Below, piece by piece: positions 55,763 through 64,000 of a stretch of 64,000 bases of DNA; position 1 is the first letter of the stretch, and every line of letters begins with the position of its first letter. Both the position numbers and the translations under genes were made by a program. Below the pieces are notes generated by a model. That model was given only the letters and a program-made list of their open reading frames with translations. It did not search any database and was not told the origin of the DNA. Source of the DNA: Actinomycetota bacterium (GTDB taxonomy: Bacteria > Actinomycetota > UBA4738); the NCBI GenBank assembly GCA_036406615.1, contig DASXAQ010000127.1, forward strand, positions 8,309 through 72,308. The letters are read 5' to 3'.

Positions 55763-56786
55763 CGTCGGACCTCTTCGTCGGGTTGTTCGAACCACCGGTC
55801 GGCCGGCGATTTCCGCTTGGCCGTCGGCGTGCCGTGCCGGGTGGTGGACGCCGCTTCGCCGACGAGGACTTGCCGCCGGTGCCACTCGTACGGGACCCGC
55901 CGGAACCCGAGCGCCCCGAGCCGCTCGGCCGCGGGCCATTGCCCCGGTTGCCGTCGCGGCCTCCGCTACCGCCCTTCGCGGGCTTCTCGGGCTCGGGCTG
56001 GCTGCCCTTCTTGGGGAGCATGAAGTGCTGCTGACCGATCTGCACGAGGTTCGTCGTGGTCCAGTACACGACCAGACCGGCGGGGAAGAGGTAACCCCAT
56101 ACGCCGAAGAACAGCGGCAGGATCCGCGTCAGCGTCTGTTGTTGCTGGTTCGTCGGTGAGGCGCGTTGCATCTGCCGTTGTTGGTAGAAGGTCGTGCCGA
56201 TCATCAACAACGCGAACAGGTAGTAGGGGATGCGAACCAGGACCGGGTTCGACCCGCTGCAGTCCAGGTGCGTGATGTCGCCGGCAGGCTTACCCGAGGA
56301 CGACTGGACGGCGACGTCGGTGCCGGCCTCGCGGGCGGAGCAGAGCAGGTTGGCGCCGAGGAAGTAGACCCCGCTCGTCTGATGCACGATCGCCTCGTGA
56401 AGCGAACTGTTGGCGGGGATGTGCTCGACGCCGCCGGGCACCTTCAACACGGCGAACAGGGCGATCAGCACGGGGAGTTGCAGCAGCATCGGGAGGCAGC
56501 CGCCCAGCGGATTGACGCCGTGCTCCCGGTACAGCGCCATCATCTCTTCCTGCTGCTTCTGCTTGTTGCCCTTGTACTTCTGCTGCAGCTCCTTGATCTT
56601 CGGCTGGATCGCCTGCATCGCCTGCATCGACCGGACCTGCTTGATCCCGAGCGGCAGCAGCAGCACCCGGATGCCCAGCGTGAACAGGATGATGACGATC
56701 CCGTAGTTGGGGATCAGGTCGTAGATGCGAGCCAGAGCCGCCCCGATCCCGTTCAGGACCTCCTGGACGATCTCGACGCCGATCAT
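55728..56786 (-). CDS. yidC: membrane protein insertase YidC
   Basis: 352 aa with the YidC/Oxa1 core (MALYREHGVNPLGGCLPMLLQLPVLIALF) and a Gly/Ser/Arg-rich C-terminal tail. Confidence 0.9.
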   Translation of the reverse strand: MIGVEIVQEVLNGIGAALARIYDLIPNYGIVIILFTLGIRVLLLPLGIKQVRSMQAMQAIQPKIKELQQKYKGNKQKQQEEMMALYREHGVNPLGGCLPMLLQLPVLIALFAVLKVPGGVEHIPANSSLHEAIVHQTSGVYFLGANLLCSAREAGTDVAVQSSSGKPAGDITHLDCSGSNPVLVRIPYYLFALLMIGTTFYQQRQMQRASPTNQQQQTLTRILPLFFGVWGYLFPAGLVVYWTTTNLVQIGQQHFMLPKKGSQPEPEKPAKGGSGGRDGNRGNGPRPSGSGRSGSGGSRTSGTGGKSSSAKRRPPPGTARRRPSGNRRPTGGSNNPTKRSDDGGSGKERPDR

Positions 56787-57100
56787 CGCGCACCGTCCGT
56801 GAGCGGGGCCGAAGGCTGCGACTGTATGTCGGTGTCATACTGGCGAGAAGGGGGCGGATGGTCCACCCCGCCGGCCGACAGCGGCGAGCATCTCAAGATG
56901 CGCCAGATCGCCAACGCCGAGCCGCGCACGGCGCCCCGGGAGCGAATCGCCTGCTCCGCGTACACGGAGCACGAGGGGTAGAACCGGCATTGCCCACCGA
57001 TCGCCAGCCCGAGGGTCACGCGGTATGCCCGGATCCCGAGCACCAGGGCCGCCCGGATCGGGGCCCCAGCCGTCCAGGCCGCGCGAGACAGCCGGCTCAC
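56783..57100 (-). CDS. yidD: membrane protein insertion efficiency factor YidD
   Basis: 105 aa from GTG 57100, which overlaps the rnpA stop (GTGA). CRFYPSCSVYAEQAIRSRGAVRGSALAIWRILRCSPLSAGGVDHPP is the DUF37 signature. Confidence 0.8.
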   Translation of the reverse strand: MSRLSRAAWTAGAPIRAALVLGIRAYRVTLGLAIGGQCRFYPSCSVYAEQAIRSRGAVRGSALAIWRILRCSPLSAGGVDHPPPSRQYDTDIQSQPSAPLTDGAR

Positions 57101-57471
57101 GTTCGGCTCACCCCGGCGCCGGCGAGGGTCTCCTTCAGATCGTCGACCACCCGGGCAAGCGTCGAGGCCTCGACCCCGTGGCGACCGACCAGAACCACGT
57201 CGTGGCCCGCCTCGATGGCGGGGGAGAGGGTGCGCCACGCCTCCGACAGGAGCCGGCGTCCACGATTGCGCGCCACGGCGCCACCGACCCTTCGGCCGCA
57301 CACGAAGGCCGCGCGCGTGGCCCCCTCGCGGGATGCCACGTGTGCGACGACGAGGTTGCCCGAGGTCCGGCGGCCTTCCTCCAGCACGCGTCGGATGTCG
57401 GAGCCACGGCTGAGGAACCCTCGCCGCCCGCGTCGTTCGTGCCTGGGCGATTCGATCGCCGCGCCAGTCAT
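57097..57471 (-). CDS. rnpA: ribonuclease P protein component
   Basis: 124-aa basic protein directly downstream of rpmH, with a GxxxxRNRxRR-like motif (AVARNRGRRLL). Confidence 0.85.
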   Translation of the reverse strand: MTGAAIESPRHERRGRRGFLSRGSDIRRVLEEGRRTSGNLVVAHVASREGATRAAFVCGRRVGGAVARNRGRRLLSEAWRTLSPAIEAGHDVVLVGRHGVEASTLARVVDDLKETLAGAGVSRT

Positions 57472-57483
57472 GGGACCGCCGCG

Positions 57484-57618
57484 CTCAGGCGGCCAGGCGC
57501 GCTCGACCCCTCGCGCGGCGCCGAGCCAGGAGGCGGCGCCCCGAGCGAGTCCGCATGCGGATCCGGAAGCCGTGCGTCTTCTTGCGCTTGCGGTTGTTGG
57601 GCTGGAAGGTCTTCTTCA
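57484..57618 (-). CDS. rpmH: 50S ribosomal protein L34
   Basis: Manual translation gives [44 protein letters not shown] (44 aa, GTG start). Not in the track because of its length. Confidence 0.9.
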
Positions 57619-57865
57619 CGGCGTACGCCGATCCTTGTCGCGACGTCGGGATGGGTGTGAGTGGTCAGGAGCGTTGGACGAGTATACCGGCCCATTCGCG
57701 CGGGCACGTGCCTGGACGGGCGTCAACGCGCCGTGGCCAGGCGTTGGGGAAAAAGTCCGTCAAGAACCCCCGTTGGCTTGGCCTCCCCGTCGAACCCGGC
57801 GCTATAATCCGCCGCGCTTCGGCCCCCGAACGGAGCGTGGTTCCTTCCCCGGGAACTCGACCGAG

Positions 57866-57897
57866 TTTCCACAACTGTGGAAAGTGCCTGTGGACAA
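57866..57897 (+). promoter_or_regulatory. DnaA boxes at the dnaA promoter/start
   Basis: Head-to-head boxes TTTCCACA-ac-TGTGGAAA form a perfect 18-bp palindrome at 57866-57883. A consensus actinobacterial box TGTGGACAA (=TTGTCCACA) at 57889-57897 abuts the ATG. A TATAAT -10 hexamer lies at ~57806. Confidence 0.65.
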
Positions 57898-59351
57898 TGA
57901 CATTCCCTCTGGCTGAGCGCTCTGCCGAACTCGTCGAGGCCACGCCGGCATCAGCTTGCGATTCGGTCCTGGAACACGCCAGACAAGAGCTCCCGGAGAG
58001 CTCGTTTCGGATGTGGTTCGCCGAACTGACGCCGGGGACGCTGTCGGGAGACGAACTGGAGCTGCTCGCCCCAAGCGAGTACGTGGCGCGCTGGCTGTCA
58101 TCGCACTACGCGGCGTTGCTGACGTCGGGCGCTCGCGATGCGCTCGGCCCCGGCGCCAGCGTCCGCGTCGTTGCCGACACCACGCCAACCAGCGACGCGG
58201 ACGACGAACAGGGGGGCAAGGCGACGGCTCAGCCTGCCCGCCCCTCCGGCCGCCGCAAGGCGAACCGCGACACCAACCCGGCGCAGGTCACGCTCGACCA
58301 GGCGCTCGATGACGCTGCGCTGCAGTTCCCCGACCGCTACACCTTCGACACCTTCGTCTCGGGGCCGAGCAACAAGTTCGCGCACGCCGCCGCCATGGCC
58401 GTCGCCGAGGCGCCGCCGTCGAAGGTCTACAACCCACTGTTCGTCTACGGGGGCGTCGGCCTCGGCAAGACGCATCTGCTGTTCGCGATCGGCGAGCACA
58501 TGGTGCGGCTCGCGCCGCGGACGCGCGTTCGCTACGTCACGTCCGAGAGCTTCATGACGGAGTTCATCAAGGCGGTCCGCGAGCGCCGCGGGTACCCGTT
58601 CCAGCGGCAGTACCGCGACATCGACGTCCTCCTGCTGGACGACGTGCAGTTCCTGGCCCGCGCCGAGGAGACGCAGACCGAGTTCTTCCACACGTTCAAC
58701 CACCTGCACCAGCACGAACGCCAGATCGTCATCGCGTCGGACCGGCCGCCCCAGGAGCTCGGCGGGATCGAGGAGCGCCTGCGTAGCCGCTTCCGCTCGG
58801 GGCTGGTGGTCGACGTGCAGCCGCCCGACCTCGAGACCCGGATCGCGATCCTGCAGATGAAGGCGCTGCGCGACAGCATCGAGGCGCCGGACGACGTGCT
58901 GCACTTCATCGCGACGAAGTTCGACAGCAACATCCGCGAGCTCGAAGGGGCCCTGCTGCGCGTGGCGGCCTTCGCGTCGCTCACGCGCCAGCCGGTGGAC
59001 CTGGCGCTCACCGAGCGCGCGCTCGAGGACCTGATCCCCGAGTCCGGCCAGGAGATCTCTGCCTCGCTGATCCTGGAGGAGACGGCCGCGTACTTCGGCC
59101 TCAGCCCGGCCGACCTGGTGTCCAAGAGCCGGTCCCGCCCGCTCACGACCGCCCGGCACGTCGCCATGTACCTGCTGCGGGAGCTCACCGGGCTGTCGCT
59201 GATCAAGATCGGCGAGTACTTCGACCGCGATCACACCACCGCGCTGCACGGCATCAAGAAGATCGAATCGCTGATGCCGGCCAGAGGCAGCACGTACCGT
59301 CAGGTGCAGGAGCTCACCAAGAAGATCCGGGCCAGGAGCCGCGGCGCATGA
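57897..59351 (+). CDS. dnaA: chromosomal replication initiator protein DnaA
   Basis: 484 aa from ATG 57897 (MTFPLAERSAELVEA...LEHARQELPESSFRMWF), with Walker A GGVGLGKTHLL and the C-terminal HTH (RDHTTALHG). The track ORF start at 57555 would read through the rpmH promoter region. Confidence 0.9.
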   Translation: MTFPLAERSAELVEATPASACDSVLEHARQELPESSFRMWFAELTPGTLSGDELELLAPSEYVARWLSSHYAALLTSGARDALGPGASVRVVADTTPTSDADDEQGGKATAQPARPSGRRKANRDTNPAQVTLDQALDDAALQFPDRYTFDTFVSGPSNKFAHAAAMAVAEAPPSKVYNPLFVYGGVGLGKTHLLFAIGEHMVRLAPRTRVRYVTSESFMTEFIKAVRERRGYPFQRQYRDIDVLLLDDVQFLARAEETQTEFFHTFNHLHQHERQIVIASDRPPQELGGIEERLRSRFRSGLVVDVQPPDLETRIAILQMKALRDSIEAPDDVLHFIATKFDSNIRELEGALLRVAAFASLTRQPVDLALTERALEDLIPESGQEISASLILEETAAYFGLSPADLVSKSRSRPLTTARHVAMYLLRELTGLSLIKIGEYFDRDHTTALHGIKKIESLMPARGSTYRQVQELTKKIRARSRGA

Positions 59352-59607
59352 CGTCCGGACGCGTCCGGCCTCGCGCCGCGCCCGCCTGTGGGAAGCGTGT
59401 GGGAACCGAGGGAGACTCGGTGCGCGCGCAGCGCCAGACGACGCCCTGCGCGGCCAACGCCGTCGTGCCGGCCACCGCGTATCCACCGCGACCGCGTGTC
59501 GTACCCGCCCGTTACGCTGTGACGATCCACGGCTATCCACATGCGCACACCCACTACTACGTCTGGTTGAGAGTTCATTCGAGTTCAAGACGTCCGGGAG
59601 GTGGATT
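59352..59607. other. oriC: chromosomal origin of replication (oriC), dnaA-dnaN intergenic
   Basis: 256-nt spacer with several DnaA-box-like 9-mers: TGTGGGAAG/TGTGGGAAC tandem at 59389-59407, TATCCACC at ~59480, ATCCACGG and TATCCACA at ~59523-59543, and CACCCACTA. An AT-rich unwinding-like stretch ctactacgtctggttgagagttcattcgagttcaag lies at 59555-59600. Confidence 0.75.
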
Positions 59608-60708
59608 GTGAAGTTCAAGTGCGACCGCGACGAGCTCTCCGAGGCCCTGCAGACCGTGCAGCGGGCGGTGTCCTCGCGGCCGGGGATCCCGGCGCTGACC
59701 GGGGTGCTGATGAACGCCTCCGGCGACGAGCTCGTGCTGGCGACGACGGACCTCGAGGTGTCGGCCCGGCTGCGGATGTCGGTGCAGGTACAGACGCCGG
59801 GCGTGGCGTTGGTGCCGGCGCGGCTCCTGGCCGACATGGTGAAGAGCTTCGACCAGGCGCCGGTGGAGTTCGAGGCGGCGGACGGCCAGGCTCGGATCGT
59901 CTGCAGCAACTACGAGGGAACCGTGCGTTGTCTTCCGGCGGAGGACTTTCCTGCGCTGCAGGAGCCGTCGGGCACGAAGATCCGCGTGGACGCGCGGGCG
60001 TTCGCCTCGGCCGTGTCGCAGGTGTCGCGTGCCGCGTCGCACGACGAGGCGCGGCCGATCCTGACCGGTGTGCTGCTCGAGATCAGCCGCGAGGGCCTCA
60101 CGATGGTGGCGACGGACTCCTATCGCCTGGCGATGCGCGAGCTGACGGCGTCGGCCGAGGGTGAGGCGAAGGCACTGGTGCCCGAGCGGGCGCTGACCGA
60201 GGCCGGCCGGGCGGCGTCGGGCGAGGAGAGCGGGGAGATCGAGCTGCTCGTGGAGCCGGGGGCGGTGTCGTTCAGCGCGGGGTCGCTCAGCCTGACGTCG
60301 CGGCTGATCGAGGGGGAGTTTCCGCCGTACCGCCAGCTGCTTCCCGAAGGGTACGAGAGCCGTCTGACCGCGTCGCGGCAACAGTTGCTGGACGCGGTGC
60401 GCCGGGTCGGGCTCCTGGCGCGCGAGAGCTCGCCGGTGAAGATGGAGTTCAATGCCCTCGGGGTGCGGCTGTCGTCCTCGTCGCCGGACCTGGGCGGCGC
60501 GGTCGAGGTCGTGGAGGCCCAGTACGAAGGCGAGGAGCTCACCGCGGCCTTCAACCCCGCGTACCTGTCGGATGGCCTCACCGCGAGCGAGGGCGACCGG
60601 GTGGCCGTCGAGGTTCGCGACGGCCTGAAGCCGGCGTTGGTCCGCGGCGACGACAGCTCGTTCGTGTACCTGGTGATGCCGGTCAAGCTCCCCGCGTACG
60701 TCGGGTAG
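59608..60708 (+). CDS. dnaN: DNA polymerase III beta sliding clamp
   Basis: 366 aa, GTG start with a GGGAGGTGG RBS. Three-domain beta clamp (MKFKCDRDELSEALQTVQRAV...). Confidence 0.9.
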   Translation: MKFKCDRDELSEALQTVQRAVSSRPGIPALTGVLMNASGDELVLATTDLEVSARLRMSVQVQTPGVALVPARLLADMVKSFDQAPVEFEAADGQARIVCSNYEGTVRCLPAEDFPALQEPSGTKIRVDARAFASAVSQVSRAASHDEARPILTGVLLEISREGLTMVATDSYRLAMRELTASAEGEAKALVPERALTEAGRAASGEESGEIELLVEPGAVSFSAGSLSLTSRLIEGEFPPYRQLLPEGYESRLTASRQQLLDAVRRVGLLARESSPVKMEFNALGVRLSSSSPDLGGAVEVVEAQYEGEELTAAFNPAYLSDGLTASEGDRVAVEVRDGLKPALVRGDDSSFVYLVMPVKLPAYVG

Positions 60709-60753
60709 GCGCGGCCGCGACGCCGGCCGGGCCGAGTTCGACGGGAGCGCCGC

Positions 60754-61836
60754 GTGCGGCTGGTCTGGATCGAGGCCCGGGACTTCCGGAACCATCGCGA
60801 GACGACGTTGGAGGTCCCGCCTGGGCTGACCGCCGTCGTGGGTCCGAACGCGCAGGGCAAGACGAACCTGCTCGAGGCGATGGACTACCTGTGTGCGCTC
60901 GAATCGCCCCGCGTTCGGGCGGACCTGCCGCTGGTGCGCTCCGGCGCCGAGTCGGCGTTCCTGCGCGGCGAGGTCGAGGGGCGAGATGGACGGTCGCTGA
61001 TCGAAGTCGAGGTGCGCGCGTCGGGCGCCAACCGCGTGCAGGTCAACCGCTCGCCCGTGCGGCGAAAGCGCGACGTTCGACGGATCGCCCGGGCCGTGTT
61101 CAGCGGGCCGGACGACCTGGATATCGTTGGGGGAGAACCGGATTCGCGGCGCCGATTCATGGATGAAGCGGTCCGAGGACTCTGGCCGCCGCGCGAGTCG
61201 CTCTTCACCGCGTACGAACGGGCTCTCCGCCAGCGCAACCGCTTGCTGAAGGAGTGGGAGGGGCGAGGGGCACCCCCCGAGCTCGATGCGTGGGACGCCG
61301 AGCTGGCCGACACCGGCAGCGCCCTGACCCAGGCCCGCGCGCAGGCGATCGAGCTGCTGGCCGGCCGCGCCGGCGAGGAGTTCCGGACCCTGACCGGCGG
61401 GGCGGAGACGCTGGCCGTCGAGTACCGCCCGTCGGTGTGGGGCGAGCCGCTGCTGGACGCGTTCCTCGAGCGACTTGCGGAGCGGCGTCCGGACGAGCTC
61501 GTTCGCCGGACCACGCTGGTCGGGCCGCACCGCGACGAGCTCGCCCTGGAGGTGCACGGGCTGGTGGCACGGGGGTTCGCCTCGCACGGGGAATCGTGGG
61601 GCGCCGCGCTGTCGCTGCGCCTGGCCCTCGCGGCAGCCGTCGCGGCGGAGGCCGGCGAGCCGCCGATCGTCTTCCTGGACGACCCGTTCTCAGCGTTGGA
61701 TCCGCGGCGGCGGGAGCGGCTGTCCGGGGCCCTCGATGGGCGAGGCCAGCTGCTCATCGCCGTCCCCGACGAGGCGCAGATCCCGAAGGGGGCCGAAGTC
61801 TGGCGCGTCGAGGATGGCGTGGTGTCGCATGGCTGA
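60754..61836 (+). CDS. recF: DNA replication and repair protein RecF
   Basis: 360 aa, GTG start. Walker A is VVGPNAQGKTNLLEA, with an ABC-type signature and Walker B LDDPFSALD. Confidence 0.9.
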   Translation: MRLVWIEARDFRNHRETTLEVPPGLTAVVGPNAQGKTNLLEAMDYLCALESPRVRADLPLVRSGAESAFLRGEVEGRDGRSLIEVEVRASGANRVQVNRSPVRRKRDVRRIARAVFSGPDDLDIVGGEPDSRRRFMDEAVRGLWPPRESLFTAYERALRQRNRLLKEWEGRGAPPELDAWDAELADTGSALTQARAQAIELLAGRAGEEFRTLTGGAETLAVEYRPSVWGEPLLDAFLERLAERRPDELVRRTTLVGPHRDELALEVHGLVARGFASHGESWGAALSLRLALAAAVAAEAGEPPIVFLDDPFSALDPRRRERLSGALDGRGQLLIAVPDEAQIPKGAEVWRVEDGVVSHG

Positions 61837-62146
61837 GCCCCGGGATGGCCGGAGCCGGGAGGCGGCCGGCATCGGGGCGGTGCTGGATGGCCTGCTCGGC
61901 GGGCGGCCCTGGCGCACCGGCCTGGTCGTCGGGCGCCTCGCCCGCGCGTGGCCCCAGATCGTGGGCGACCGGCTGGCGGCGGAGTCGGCACCGATCCGAC
62001 TGGACGACGCCGGCGTCCTGTACGTGCGCGCGTCAACGGCGGCCTGGGCCATGCAGCTGAAGTTTCTTGGCGCGCAGATCGCCGACGGCGCCAATCGAGC
62101 GCTCGGTGCCGATGCGGTTGCCGAAGTCCGGGCGGTGGTGGCGTGA
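61829..62146 (+). CDS. DUF721 protein (DciA-like, Rv0004 equivalent)
   Basis: 105 aa from ATG 61829, overlapping the recF end by 8 nt. Conserved recF-DUF721-gyrB order. Sequence GRLARAWPQIVGDRLAAESAPIRLDDAGVLYVRASTAAWAMQLKF. Confidence 0.75.
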   Translation: MAEPRDGRSREAAGIGAVLDGLLGGRPWRTGLVVGRLARAWPQIVGDRLAAESAPIRLDDAGVLYVRASTAAWAMQLKFLGAQIADGANRALGADAVAEVRAVVA

Positions 62147-62283
62147 ACGCCGCCGCCGGACCCCACTGCGCGAGGTCGAAAAGGCCCTGGAACCAGCGCC
62201 GATACCCGGTTCGAACCGAGGGTCGGAGACGGGGAATCGGACCGTCAAAATTGGTATCATTTCATTGGTTTTTCGAACCCTGA

Positions 62284-64000
<1,717 letters not shown>

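Overview
This is a very high-GC (~72%) actinobacterial chromosomal window that ends in the replication-origin region. Reading from the high-coordinate end on the minus strand, the origin-proximal genes are rsmG(gidB)-parA-parB-(jag/khpB)-yidC-yidD-rnpA-rpmH, followed on the plus strand by dnaA-oriC-dnaN-recF-DciA-like-gyrB (partial). Upstream of that, the order pcnA/cca, Rv3909-like, murJ, sigM-like/anti-sigma, trxB-trxC-cwlM matches the mycobacterial origin-proximal neighbourhood. The rest is ordinary housekeeping and envelope genes. These include tilS (partial), a DUF2342-like HEXXH metalloprotease, tRNA-Thr, the holB/tmk/topA block (tmk fused to a 12-TM domain), dedA, a membrane H+-pyrophosphatase, an LCP protein, a CaCA antiporter, an MrfA-like DUF1998 helicase, a flippase plus nucleotide pyrophosphatase, PadR-ino1, a divergent sodX-sodN nickel-SOD pair, and a TauE/SafE exporter. 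The most unusual locus is a potassium-transport cluster: two tandem 777-aa KimA-like APC transporters with Usp-like tails, divergent from the TrkA-like pair ceoB/ceoC, and followed by an HD-domain protein. A TMEM175-like K+ channel lies about 20 kb away. Other notable items are a 1317-aa PimR-like SARP/degenerate-cyclase/STAND regulator, a strongly AT-rich synonymous recoding patch inside gyrB, an MFS transporter gene with no canonical start codon that is in frame directly after the ino1 stop, a frameshifted M43 metalloprotease, palindromic PadR operators, and DnaA-box architecture at the dnaA promoter and oriC. Many long Arg-rich ORFs in the six-frame track are frame artefacts of the GC bias and were rejected. 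No CRISPR array, rRNA or obvious mobile element was seen.
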